The translations under genes were made by a program, and so were the position numbers. The notes under the pieces were generated by a model that worked only from the letters and a program-made list of their open reading frames with translations, did not search any database and was not told the DNA's origin. DNA of 63,808 nucleotides, the filler included, from Lama guanicoe (taxonomy: Eukaryota), in assembly GCA_013239625.1 (NCBI GenBank). It is 94 parts of 94 records of this genome, joined end to end, with 100 filler letters (N's around TTAATTAATTAA, not from the genome) between each part and the next. Parts side by side here need not be neighbours in the genome. Positions count along the whole stretch, not along the records: positions 36,906 to 37,761 come from PNXV01028219.1; positions 37,862 to 38,606 come from PNXV01028220.1; positions 38,707 to 39,211 come from PNXV01028222.1; positions 39,312 to 39,786 come from PNXV01028223.1; positions 39,887 to 40,638 come from PNXV01028224.1; positions 40,739 to 41,477 come from PNXV01028225.1; positions 41,578 to 42,002 come from PNXV01028226.1; positions 42,103 to 42,724 come from PNXV01028227.1; 86 more parts are not named here. One strand, 5' to 3'. Below are positions 37,466-49,600 of the stretch, in pieces. Positions within the stretch are counted from its first letter, which is position 1. Each line of letters opens with the position of its first letter.

Positions 37466-38706
37466 CTGGTGCAGGGAAGTCAGCAACTGCGGGGCGTGCC
37501 TGGCTGGAGAAAGATGGTGCCAGGGTTAAAATGCTCTCCCTCCTTGCCCAGGAGGACGGTCCCCCAGCCCATCTCATAAAGCTCTTGGGTGGGTTCGGAG
37601 GATGGAGGTATATAATTGTCAGTCTGGCCCATGGTGTGGTGTCTCAATGACCATGATATACCCGTGTGAGAACCATGAGGTAGAAACAGGATTGGTCTTT
37701 CTGATCAGGATTTCCAGCACTTAGAGAACTTGAATATTCCATTGCCCATAGGTCAGGCTCTNNNNNNNNNNNNNNNNNNNNNNNNNNNNNNNNNNNNNNN
37801 NNNNNTTAATTAATTAANNNNNNNNNNNNNNNNNNNNNNNNNNNNNNNNNNNNNNNNNNNNCTACAAATTCAGCCTCTGTGGTTCCCCACTTGCATGCAA
37901 ACCAGCAAGCCGCAGAGACCTCCAGAGCAGCAGACGGACGGCTCCAACCACTCAGCGAGGGCGCGCGCCTTCCCCAGCTTCAGAAGTGCTGGCTGCATTA
38001 CAGTGATCGAGCGTTCCCGAGCAAAACCACAAGCCACAATAATGAATCAGATGAAAATTCCAAGAAGAAACTTCAATGCACCAGCTGGCCTCCTTCACAC
38101 AGCAGCGCTGGCACCCTCGGAATCACGTCCCCAGTCACCCCGCCTCGACCAGCACGTCACAAAGAAAAACTGACAAATCGAGAAAACCTCAACGGCTTGT
38201 AACACTTCCCGAGGGGAAAACAAAAGTGTATGTGATGATTTTCCACACTCACGGCTCTTAACTGTCAAGGAATATTAAATAGAAAGCTCCGCAGCCTGTC
38301 AGAAGATGTACGCTACCCTGTTTACACACGCTCAGTTTCGCCCAGATCCAGAGACGGTGCGCATCCCTGGCCGCTGCACGGGCAGCAAAGGAGCGAGACC
38401 CCGGGCTCTGCTCACAGCGGGCGGCACCACGCACAGAGCCTCAGCCTGAGCAGCTGGGGGGCCCTTCCCCAGAGCAAGGGTGCAGAGGCGTCCCTGCCCC
38501 GGCCTGGGGGCCACCGCAGACTTCGCGCCAGCCACCTGGCAACTGGGCGTGCTCCCCGATGGAAAGCGTCCACGTCCCTTCTCACTGTTGATAAAACTAC
38601 TTGGTTNNNNNNNNNNNNNNNNNNNNNNNNNNNNNNNNNNNNNNNNNNNNTTAATTAATTAANNNNNNNNNNNNNNNNNNNNNNNNNNNNNNNNNNNNNN
38701 NNNNNN

Positions 38707-38829
38707 CAGAAGAAACCAACCCTTGCCGGCACCTTGATCGAGTCTCTAGAACTGTGACAAAATAAACGTCCGTTGTATAAGCTGTCTGGTTTGCAGTGCT
38801 TTGTTATGGCAGCCCCAGCAGATGAATAG
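38707..38829 (+). mobile_element. MaLR (MLT1-type) LTR, 3' end
   Basis: aaccaacccttgccggcaccttgat...agaactgtgacaaaataaa...tttgttatggcagccccagcagatgaata. Confidence 0.88.
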
Positions 38830-39886
38830 AATCAGTTCACATCATCTGTGCCAAGAATCATTTTCAGAGTGTAGGTGCTCCTCAACTAATGAAAGCTGTG
38901 CTTGATCAGTGATAAAAGCCTTCAGTATGATATTTGAGTCTAAGTTATATTAACTGATCATCTTAAAAGTGGTATTTAGAACAATGGTTTACTCTAAGAA
39001 CATACTTGGACCCTTCTCAATAGGCCTCAAGTTTTCCTTTACCGACTCATCCTGAAAGTGAGAAACCCTTCTTACCAATTTGCATTAGATACTTGGGATC
39101 ACATCCAAAGGCCCAGGTACCCTGTCTCTCAGCCGTGACATCCTCCGCTCTGTTCTGTCCCGCATGCTCCCTACAAGAGCAGAGAAGCTGCTGTCCCTCT
39201 CCTGTCTCTCTNNNNNNNNNNNNNNNNNNNNNNNNNNNNNNNNNNNNNNNNNNNNTTAATTAATTAANNNNNNNNNNNNNNNNNNNNNNNNNNNNNNNNN
39301 NNNNNNNNNNNATTTTAATGGAAAATGCTATAAGCATATTTCATTTCCAGAAAGTGAATTCATATCTTAGAAGCCTTGCCACTAATTTACATTGAGCACA
39401 AAAAGGATATGGGTATCACTTAAAATAAAAATAAAGTGAAACAATCTCATCATTTCCTCATATTTCCATTTTACCTATTTCAAATTTTCTTTAATGGCCA
39501 AGTTAATTCATAATTTTATGTACTTTGTAAAATTTATAAGATGATAACTAAGAAATAATTAACTTTAATGCTACATTTTTATTTTCTTTTTTCTCTAAAA
39601 TAATATATAGTGCCTATTTGATCACATATTCAAACATAATAGTTATTCAAATTCTTAGCTATAGGTTTTATAATAAGAATTGCATATATTTATTGCATTG
39701 AAAAAGAGAAGTATTCAAGGAGCTATGAATAAATTATGGCTCGTTAACTCATTGATCAGCGATATGAAAGGGTGGCAGCCTGGCATNNNNNNNNNNNNNN
39801 NNNNNNNNNNNNNNNNNNNNNNNNNNNNNNTTAATTAATTAANNNNNNNNNNNNNNNNNNNNNNNNNNNNNNNNNNNNNNNNNNNN

Positions 39887-40638
39887 ATTCAGGTTTCTAT
39901 ATTCTCTTTTATATATTCTATATTTTGTGTTCTTCTTTCTTTATACCAAATACAAAATTCTGCATTCCTTATTCAATATTCTATATTTTGTGTTCTACAT
40001 TCTAAATTCTAAATTTTATATTCAGTATTCTGTATTCTATATTCTAAATTCTGTGTTCAGCATTCCATTTCTAAATTCAGGTTTCTATATTCTCTTTTAT
40101 ATATTCTATATTTTGTGTTCTTCTTTCTTTATACCAAATACAAAATTCTGCATTCCTTATTCAATATTCTATATTTTGTGTTCTACATTCTAAATTCTAA
40201 ATTTTATATTCAGTATTCTGTATTCTATATTCTAAATTTTGTGTTCTGCATTCCATGTTCTATATTCTATATTCAGTATTCTGTATTCTGCATTCTAAAT
40301 TGTGAGTTCTGCATTCGATGTTCTAATTTCTATATTCTGTATTCTGCATTCTGTATCCTAAATACTGTGTTCTGTTGTCCATGTTCTAAATTCTGGGTTC
40401 TGTATTCTGTTTTCCATATTCTATATTCTGTGTTCTATATTCTGTATTCTGTATTCTATATTCTGCTTTCCGTATTCTATATTCTATATTATGTGTACTA
40501 CATTCTATATTCTAAATTCTATATTCAGTATTCTCTATTCTATTTTCTAAATTCCTGTTCTGCATTTCATTACTAAATTTTCGGTTCTCTATTCTCTTTT
40601 ATATATTCTATAATTTGTGTTCTTCATTCTATATTCTA
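39887..40638. repeat. Heptamer satellite with 188-bp higher-order duplication
   Basis: Block at 39887 repeated almost exactly at 40075. Confidence 0.95.
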
Positions 40639-40738
40639 NNNNNNNNNNNNNNNNNNNNNNNNNNNNNNNNNNNNNNNNNNNNTTAATTAATTAANNNNNN
40701 NNNNNNNNNNNNNNNNNNNNNNNNNNNNNNNNNNNNNN

Positions 40739-41141
40739 TCGTGTAGTGCAGAGGCTTGCAGATGGCCACATAGCGGTCATAGGCCATTGCAACAAGGACT
40801 ATGACCTCTGATGCAGCCAGGAAGTGTTCCACAAAGAGCTGAGCCAGGCAGCCACCCCAGGAGATGGTTTTCCTCTGACACAGCAGGTCAATGAGCATTT
40901 TAGGAGTTGTGACAGAGGTGAAGGAGGTATCTATGAAGGACAAGTAAGTGAGAAAGAAGTACATGGGAGCTGAAAGTGAAGGGCTGAGGGAGATGCTAAT
41001 GACCATGAGCAGATTGGCCAGCATGGTAAATACAAAACTGAACAAAAAGACAATGAAGAGTATCTTCTGTAAGTATGGATTCTGTGTGAGTCCCAAGAGA
41101 ACAAACTCAGTCACATTGTTCAGGCGGGTGAGGAGATCTAT
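40739..41141 (-). pseudogene. Olfactory receptor, OR4C-like, N-terminus to just past TM3; expected start codon is ATA; truncated by contig end
   Basis: NNVTEFVLLGLTQN, PMYFFL, TPKML, GCLAQLF and MAYDRYVAICKPLHY motifs. Frame begins TGA-ATA-GAT-CTC, with no ATG before TM1. Receptor identity is certain; pseudogene status is inferred. Confidence 0.8.
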
Positions 41142-42102
41142 TCAGCCAGTTACACCTTCCTGGTGCCTGAATTACCTACATAGGGCAAGGAATGATCCCC
41201 ATTAATCATGAAAGGATCATGGTCTGAATTTCTTTTAACAAAAACTAAAGCTGTCACTGTACCTGTGGAGCATGTCCTTGACACACCTTCTCAGTGCTTA
41301 TTTCAATTCTCTCTTTCTTCCTTCATGGTGTTTCCTTCTCTTCAGACACCTAGTACCCATCACCTGTAAAACATCTATAGGGCAACATTCGATGAGTAAT
41401 TTACTGAGAAAATCCTGGGCTATCTACGTGAGATCTGGATTCTTCTTCTGGTTCCAACTCCATATGACTCTGCTAAGNNNNNNNNNNNNNNNNNNNNNNN
41501 NNNNNNNNNNNNNNNNNNNNNTTAATTAATTAANNNNNNNNNNNNNNNNNNNNNNNNNNNNNNNNNNNNNNNNNNNNAATAGCACAGACCAGCACGGCTC
41601 CCGTGGGACACCCTTCCCTCGGGAATTGCCAGGGACCTGGTGGTCGGTTGATGACATCAGATCTCTTCCAGCGTGGAGGGGGGAGCTCTGCTCTTACTGA
41701 CAGATCTTTCCCACATACTGGGAGTTGCCCTCTGTGACTGCAATGCTTCTGACCAAAGTGTTCAACCTGGACTCATAGATTTCTGTGTTTCCTCATGGGG
41801 CTTCTGACCATGAGCTCATTCCACATCAGAAGAGGGGCTGCCGTGGGCCCAGGCTCCTGGGCTTCACCAGTCCCACTACTTTCCCCAACATCCCGAGGCA
41901 GCTGCCTTTGTGATGGGCCAACAGCTGATGGAAGAGCCAGTTCCTCTGCCAGCCAAGTGCCAACACATGTTGGGGCGGGCAATGCCTTCCAGGTGTGAGA
42001 AANNNNNNNNNNNNNNNNNNNNNNNNNNNNNNNNNNNNNNNNNNNNTTAATTAATTAANNNNNNNNNNNNNNNNNNNNNNNNNNNNNNNNNNNNNNNNNN
42101 NN

Positions 42103-42355
42103 CCCACTTTTTGCTATTGTACATAATGCTGCTATAAATATTTGTGTACAAGTTTTTCCCTGAACAATATATTTTTATTAGTTTTTTTTTTAATGGAGGT
42201 ACTGGGGATTGAACCCTGGACCTCATGCATGCTAAGCATGCCTACCCTCCCCCCGAACCATATATTTTTAATTCGCTTGGATACGCCTGGAAGAGCAGAA
42301 CTGCTGGGTCATATGGTAACTAATTATGTTTAAGCCTTTGAGGAACCAGCAGACC
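42103..42355 (-). mobile_element. L1 ORF2 3' fragment interrupted by a SINE
   Basis: ccactttttgctattgtacataatgctgctat...gctgggtcatatggtaact...tttgaggaaccagcagac. Confidence 0.85.
42177..42254 (-). mobile_element. Vic-1-type SINE with 15-bp TSD and an internal deletion of the A box
   Basis: ggaggtactggggattgaaccctggacctcatgcatgctaagcatgc; TSD gaacaatatattttt (42162-42176) / gaaccatatattttt (42255-42269). Confidence 0.9.
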
Positions 42356-42439
42356 GTTAAGTACCTCTTTCTCCATAGAGCTTCCCAGATTTCCCTCTAA
42401 GGGTTTGCTGCCACCTCCTTGTGCTGCAAAGTAGTGTTC

Positions 42440-42625
42440 ATTCATTGATTATTATGCTTACAATAGGATATTATTTGTTGTCTTCTGCGTGAGATTGTAG
42501 CCTCACAAAGGTGAGCAGGAAATCTTACTTGCAGCCTCTGTCTCCTTAACATCAAACATAGAACCGGGTGCCAGAGCAAGTACTCAAACATTTGTGTGAA
42601 CCAATAATTGAATAGAAGAAGGAAG
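42440..42625 (+). mobile_element. L2 3' end
   Basis: gattgtagcctcacaaagg...catagaaccgggtgccagagcaagtactcaaacatttgtgtgaa. Confidence 0.6.
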
Positions 42626-42824
42626 GAAGGACAAGTTTAAAAAGTGCGCATCGGCGTATACTGCAAGATAATTACGTTTATCTTAAAACTGGTTTCTAGT
42701 TTCCTTGGCTGAATAGTTAAAGAGNNNNNNNNNNNNNNNNNNNNNNNNNNNNNNNNNNNNNNNNNNNNTTAATTAATTAANNNNNNNNNNNNNNNNNNNN
42801 NNNNNNNNNNNNNNNNNNNNNNNN

Positions 42825-43390
42825 ACTTCTGCCCTCCAAAGAGGGGAGTAAGACCCAAACAAGAAAGTCAGCCATTATAATGCAGTGTGATTAGTGCTAC
42901 ATTATAGAGGATGCTTTGGTTAATAGGTGCTTCCCACAAGAACCAAAAGGAGAGACGTCCACTCAATCTGTAGGGGTCAGAAAATGGCTCTAAGAAAGCA
43001 AGAAGCCTAAGCTATTTATTGAAGAATGAATAGGAGTAAGCTGGTTAGAGAAGGCAGAACCAGGTGTTTCAGAAGGAAGGAACAATCTGAACCAAAGCCT
43101 GGAGGCATGACAGACTGTGAGCCTTGACAGTAAAGCAAGGAGGGGAGGGCAGCTGGATCAAAGGTCTTAGCTGGGTGTGTGAAGGAAGAGGAAGCTAGAA
43201 AGACAGACTGCTACAGGATCAGCTAAGAAACTTAGCTTCATGCTTAAGGCAATGGTGAACTCCTGATGGATTTAAACAAGGGGTCATATTTGCATGGTGG
43301 AAAATGACTGTCGATTATTTGGAAGACGCATGAGACAAGTTACAGCTGGAGACAAGTGTCAGAAAAGTTGATGATCAGATAGTTTAGGGG
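42825..43390 (-). mobile_element. L2 fragment
   Basis: ctgccctccaaagag...tataatgcagtgtgattagtgcta...gaagaatgaataggagt...aaggcaatggtgaactcctgatggatttaaacaagggg. Confidence 0.8.
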
Positions 43391-44204
43391 AGGGGAAAAA
43401 AAAACTGGAACCAAGGTGTTCCGATTCCCAGTCTGCTGCTTTTTCCACTACACCATTTTAGCCCTAAAATTCGGAGAGTCCCAGGCAAACCAGGCTGTTG
43501 AACACCCGAGTAGTGGCCGTTGTTGGGTATNNNNNNNNNNNNNNNNNNNNNNNNNNNNNNNNNNNNNNNNNNNNTTAATTAATTAANNNNNNNNNNNNNN
43601 NNNNNNNNNNNNNNNNNNNNNNNNNNNNNNTGACAAGCCCTCAAGCTTGGGCCTGAAATGACCGCCGCAGTTGCCTGACACAAGGGACTGACCTGGTGGA
43701 GGCATAAAACAGAACTTAAGTTGGGTTCTGAGGCATAAAATGACTAATTATGAAGAAACAGTTGATAAAACTCAAACTGAGGGACATTCTACCAAACAGC
43801 TGGCTTGTACATTCAAATGTGTACTGCACATTAGATTATGGAATTGTGACAACAGTTTCCTAAATTTGAACAAAAATGAATCTGAATTTGTCTATGGATG
43901 TAGCAGGTCCAAACCACAATCCACAGACCAGTATAGTGAAGTTAATAATTCATCACAAAGAACTTACATATCAAGAATAGAAATTGTTTCTTTTTCATTT
44001 TTAAAAATTATTTTAGAACTTTCAAGAGTCCATGGTTGAGCTCCTTCTCTGGGTGGTTGGCAGNNNNNNNNNNNNNNNNNNNNNNNNNNNNNNNNNNNNN
44101 NNNNNNNTTAATTAATTAANNNNNNNNNNNNNNNNNNNNNNNNNNNNNNNNNNNNNNNNNNNNTTAGTTCTTTTCAGTGAATGAGTTTGTTCACAGAAAA
44201 GACC

Positions 44205-44420
44205 ATGATTATCAGACACTGGAATAAAGTACTTATTATGTATTATGTTAGGTATTTTTATATATTTTGTCATTTAATATGAAGTAGATGCAATTCATGT
44301 CCATAGAGGAGGACACTTGAGACACAGAGATTAAATAACTTGAGCAAAATCACAGTTAGTAGATGTGGTGATGGTTTATCTCAGATCTAACTCTTGAATC
44401 CTCCTGCTCTGCTGTGTTGT
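44205..44420 (-). mobile_element. MIR fragment
   Basis: gaggaggacacttgagacacagagattaaataacttgagcaaaatcacagttagta. Confidence 0.7.
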
Positions 44421-45879
44421 CTTTCTTCTTTTTAATCCATCTTCTATTCGCTTTATATTAACATTTAAAAATTTTTTATTTTTAGCATTCTTTATATGCT
44501 AAATATGGTTTTGAAAACATTTCTGATACACTTATGAGATAAAGAATATAGGATACTTCTAATTTACAATGAAATAATTCTTATAATTCACTTTTCTAGG
44601 TAAAATGTCTAGTGGAATTTTTAAAAATTAAGGATTTCAAATCAAATTTATGAAAACCACAATGCTGTATATATTTTCCTTATTTTTAATATTGAGTTGA
44701 TTATTAAAGCAGTGACAAGCTTCATGATGCTCTGAACTTTAGTTATTCATTTTACTAGGGACTGTGGACATTTTAAAAATACTGCTTTTCATGGAGTGAA
44801 GCCATATTTTTCTTACAATAAGTTTTGTGGTTTCTGTTTTTTTTTCATTCAGTCTTTGTTTCACACTCTTGTATATTGTTAGAAAATTATATATTTGTTA
44901 CCACTGTAAAATCATGTAACTTTTGGATCTTTAATGAATAATTCAAAAGAACAGAGTTGAAATGATCATAGTAGAAAACGGTTTTTCTTTTATAAAAATA
45001 TTAACCTTTTTTTTAAANNNNNNNNNNNNNNNNNNNNNNNNNNNNNNNNNNNNNNNNNNNNTTAATTAATTAANNNNNNNNNNNNNNNNNNNNNNNNNNN
45101 NNNNNNNNNNNNNNNNNATGCCTCCAGATGCTTTCTCAGCAACATCAGGGGCAGCCTACCCCTCAACTCCTGCTCTTTTGCATTCACTGCTCTTCCGTTC
45201 ACATATGATTCCAACTGTGAAATCCTGTATTATGGCCCCAGGTTGGAGTGTGTTCGGCAGCACTGCAACTGCAAGATACTGTTAGGGGGCATGGAGAGGG
45301 AAGAAAGAAATTAAATAGAACAAAGACATATGCAGGGGTAAAGTGCAGCACGGGCTGAACTTCAGGAAATAGGAGATGATGTGCCCAAAAGGGAGACCTT
45401 TACCTGCCTTTATTCTCCCGCATCCTCATTGTTTCCTCCAAGAGCCCTTTGCTGGCTTAACCACCAATTAGACTGTCACAGCCAAGCCATTTGCATGGGC
45501 TCTACCTTCACGCCACGCTGCGAGCTCATTGCCTTGCATCTTTATGACAATGTTATTATATGACATTGAAAACTGGCTAAAGGTTGAAAAACTTAGAAAG
45601 CACATCCACCAGGGAACTGTACATTGTACCTGCTAGAAGGACAAGGTAAGGACCGGGTCTTGTGGAGCAGGAAAGAGCTAACTGGAATGAGAGATTCCAC
45701 ATGAGAAAGAGGGATAGAACTCAACAAAGGGTAAGGCTAGTAACCCAATCACTTAGGAATTAGCTTCCATTAGAATGAGNNNNNNNNNNNNNNNNNNNNN
45801 NNNNNNNNNNNNNNNNNNNNNNNTTAATTAATTAANNNNNNNNNNNNNNNNNNNNNNNNNNNNNNNNNNNNNNNNNNNN

Positions 45880-46357
45880 GGAATGCAGAACACAGAATTT
45901 AGAATATAGAATATCGAATACTGAATATTGAATATGAATATAGAATGTAGAACGCAGAATATTGAATATAGAATACGGATGGAGAATATAGAATATAGAA
46001 TATAGAATGATGAACACAAAATATAGAATAGAGAATAGAGAATATAGAACCCAGGATTTAGAACATGGAATGTAGACCACAGAATTTAGAATAAAAAATA
46101 CAGAATACTGAGTATCGAATTTAGAGCATAGAATTAGGACACAGAATATGGTATATAGAAAACGGAATGCAGAATATTGAATCCAGAATATAGAATGTAG
46201 AACACAAAAAAAGAATATGGAAAACAGAATACAGAACCCAGAATTTATAACATGGAATTCAGAACACAGTTTAGAATATAGTATACAGAATACTAAATAT
46301 AGAATCTGGAACATAGAAGGCAGAACACAGAATTAAGAATATAGAATTCAGAATACT
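45880..46357. repeat. Heptamer satellite, reverse orientation
   Basis: TAGAATA/CAGAATA periodicity. Confidence 0.95.
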
Positions 46358-46649
46358 NNNNNNNNNNNNNNNNNNNNNNNNNNNNNNNNNNNNNNNNNNN
46401 NTTAATTAATTAANNNNNNNNNNNNNNNNNNNNNNNNNNNNNNNNNNNNNNNNNNNNGCTGCACCAGTGGTAAATCTACTTCCAGCTTGATTTATCCAGT
46501 TAATTCCCCATAATTCAAATCTTGAACTCCTTGCAAGCTATCTGGAAGACTGGCAGCAATTGCTTTCTTTGTTAATAGTTGCGTAGGAAGTAGCTTTAAT
46601 TAAGTATTATTTTGGAAATTAGAAACAATCTTGAGGATTATTTTAATAA

Positions 46650-46970
46650 TCCTCCTCCTCCACATCCTCCTACTCCTCCACATCCTCCTCCTCCTCCACC
46701 TCCTCCTCCACCACCTCCTCCTCCTCCTCCAGCTCCTCCTCCTTCTCCTCCTCCGCCTCCTCTTCCACCTCATTCTCCTCCTCCACCTCCTCCACATCCT
46801 CCTCCTCCTCCACCTCATCCTCCTATTCCACCTCCTCCTCCTCCACCTCCTCCTCCTCATCCTCCAACTCCTGCACCTCATCCTCCTCCTCCACCTCCTC
46901 CTCCTATTCCTCCACCTTCTCCTCCTCCACCTCCTCCAACTAGTCCACCTCCTCCTCCTCCTCCTCCTCC
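46650..46970. repeat. Degenerate (CCT)n trinucleotide repeat, at least 320 bp, runs off the contig
   Basis: Seen directly; in-register CCA/CAT/ATT/TCT variants. Confidence 0.97.
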
Positions 46971-47100
46971 NNNNNNNNNNNNNNNNNNNNNNNNNNNNNN
47001 NNNNNNNNNNNNNNTTAATTAATTAANNNNNNNNNNNNNNNNNNNNNNNNNNNNNNNNNNNNNNNNNNNNCAGAGAGACTGCATGCATGCCCAAGTGTGC

Positions 47101-47559
47101 TGTTGACTTAAAGAAACAAACAAACAAAAACCCACAACTAAAAGTTGAGATTTATGTTTTGTTTGGTGAACAGAACTGAGGACTTAAGCCTGAAAGACAG
47201 CTTCTCAGATAGTTCTAAGGGACTGCTCAGAAGAGGTCAGGGAGGAGCCAGAATACATATAAGTTTTGGTAACAAAAATCAGATAGCCAGAACATCAAAA
47301 CATTACAGTTAATTAAAGAAAACCAGATGCATCAAGTTAATATATTTGCTGCTTTTCTGTGTATGGGAAGATGCAAGGGTCTGAGTTCATTGAAATCTTT
47401 CCTTTGATATATATCTAAACTATCTAGGGCCAGTATCCTGCTTTTCTCTATCCTGAATCCCCCCAGGGTACACATTTGGAGGTGGCTACAGTGTCCACTG
47501 GCTTCATGGATTCAACATCCTTTGTTTACTGATCTAGCAGGCAACATTTTTCATCCACA
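47101..47559 (-). mobile_element. Complete ERV1-class solo LTR (MER41-like), 459 bp
   Basis: TG...CA termini, 4-bp flanks gtgc/gcac; body (tatgggaagatgcaag, ctatctagggccagtatcctg, tttgtttactgat) resembles laurasiatherian MER41-like LTRs. Confidence 0.8.
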
Positions 47560-48554
47560 GCACAAGGAGACAGCAACCCTATCNNNNNNNNNNNNNNNNN
47601 NNNNNNNNNNNNNNNNNNNNNNNNNNNTTAATTAATTAANNNNNNNNNNNNNNNNNNNNNNNNNNNNNNNNNNNNNNNNNNNNAATGTAGGGGGAGAATC
47701 AAGCTGAAGCGGGAGAGAATAAATCTAACACTTTAGGTTTACTTTGCTTCCAAGGAAATTCCAGGATTCATGGCAGGGGCCATCCTATTTCTCAGAAATC
47801 TGAGATTTCAAGACTCCCAATATTTTGTCCTCTTCCAAACACACAAAAAGAAACTCTTGTAAGGAAAAAGAATGATAATTAAAAATAAAATGTCTGTTCT
47901 TCTATTCATAAAAATCAAATCAAGTGTAAATATCTTTCTTCAGCAGTCTGATGCTTCAGAAGACTAGACTGCAGAGAAAGTGTATGAAAATAGAAAGGTC
48001 TGAACGTTATTCAAGGTAGAGCAATTGTTCTTCCTGTTGTTCTAAGGCTAGAATTACAAGCGGGAAGGAGACAGGGCCTAACATACTCATCTCCACCATC
48101 TNNNNNNNNNNNNNNNNNNNNNNNNNNNNNNNNNNNNNNNNNNNNTTAATTAATTAANNNNNNNNNNNNNNNNNNNNNNNNNNNNNNNNNNNNNNNNNNN
48201 NTCAGTTGCTACTTACACTGTCCCAAATTTACATTTCCAGCCTAGATTTACGTTTTCAGCTCAAGAGAAACATACTCACTCAATCATTATGATCATGAGT
48301 GAGACACGGGTACCTTAAACTCTATGCCGAGTTTTTCTTCCCCACCACCCTCCTGCGCCTCCATCCTCCTTGTCCAACACCTACATCATAGCTCTTGGGC
48401 TAACTTTCACTTCTCCACATGCCTTCAGGTCTCATTTCTTCTCTCATTTCTTCAAAAGGCCATTTGTGACGACTAAAGCAAGACAGTCCCTCTGATACGG
48501 GTCCGTCTAGTTCATTTGTCTGTTCATTTATTTATTGAATAAAGAGTTACTATA

Positions 48555-48797
48555 GGAGCAGAATAACAAAATGTTTAAGAGCACAAATTCTGAAGCTAGA
48601 ATGCCTGGGTTTAAATCCAGCTTGACCTCTTAGCAGCTGCGCAAGCTTGTAGAAGTCTCTCAAGTTCTCTTCACTTCCATTTCTTCATCTGTGAAATAAG
48701 AACTGTCATGATGCTTGCCTCAAGGAGATTTAGGGGGTTAATAAATGAACAGTGTCCAACACATAGTATGCAACATGTTAACATTTTTTATTGTTAC
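48555..48797 (+). mobile_element. MIR SINE inserted in L2 sequence
   Basis: gtttaagagcacaaattctgaagctagaatgcctgggtttaaatcc...tttcttcatctgtgaaata...cacatagtatgc. Confidence 0.85.
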
Positions 48798-48799
48798 TG

Positions 48800-49065
48800 C
48801 TTGCCTGATAAAGTGTGAGGCACTCAGATGTGATAGAGGACAAAAAAGGATAGGTTCCTGCTCTTATGAAACTTTTGATCTAAAGAAAGACAAGAGATAC
48901 AGAACATATGAATAATGGTATAAATACCACTGTTTACTGCTATAACAGAGAAGTGAAGTCTATGGTGGGACTATGTGATGTGAGCAAAGGCTTTTCTGAG
49001 AAAGTGGCATTTATTCTCAAATGTGAAAGTTGAGTCGAATTCAGTCAAGCAGAGAGAGCGGGAAG
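48800..49065 (-). mobile_element. L2 fragment (3' end lies at ~48510-48550)
   Basis: ggttcctgctcttatgaaactt...aaggcttttctgagaaagtggcattt. Confidence 0.7.
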
Positions 49066-49242
49066 TAGTTACAAAAGAGAGGAGTTGCCCAGAAGGAATT
49101 CCTTGACTTTGTCTCTCATCGCACGTGTGCAGCTTTGTTCTCNNNNNNNNNNNNNNNNNNNNNNNNNNNNNNNNNNNNNNNNNNNNTTAATTAATTAANN
49201 NNNNNNNNNNNNNNNNNNNNNNNNNNNNNNNNNNNNNNNNNN

Positions 49243-49600
49243 TTGATTTGCATTTCCCTGATGATTAGTGATGTTGAGCCTCTTTTCATGTGTCTGACCA
49301 TCTGTATGTCTTCTTTGTAAAATGGACGATTTCTTGATCTTCAGTCAACTATATTTTCAGGAATAATGTCAATCCATGTATGTCCATTACATCTACTTTA
49401 TCAATTGTATTATTAAGACTTCTATATCCTTGCTTACTTTTTTTGTCTACTTGTTCTGTTATGGACTCAGAGACGTAAATTAAAGTCATCTGAGATGGTG
49501 TTTTGATCTTTATTTGCTTTCATATCCTGAAATTTCAGTTTTACAAATGTTAACATTGTGTAATTTTGTGCATAGACATTCATTATTTTTGTACCGATGG
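49243..49600 (-). mobile_element. L1 fragments
   Basis: ttgatttgcatttccctgatgattagtgatgttgagc...ttctatatccttgcttacttttttgtctacttgttctg. Confidence 0.8.

Noticed and set aside
45544..45652. Short frame MTMLLYDIENWLKV... ending at AAG|GTAAGG
   Set aside because: Only a donor motif; no acceptor, promoter context or homology
16577..46314. Hydrophobic Y/I/L/F/S-rich ORFs resembling membrane proteins (16577-17294, 23326-23523, 39927-40576, 45828-46314)
   Set aside because: Translations of the 7-bp satellite
46600..47026. Poly-Pro, poly-Leu and protamine-like Arg-rich ORFs
   Set aside because: All are frames of one (CCT)n repeat with non-ATG starts
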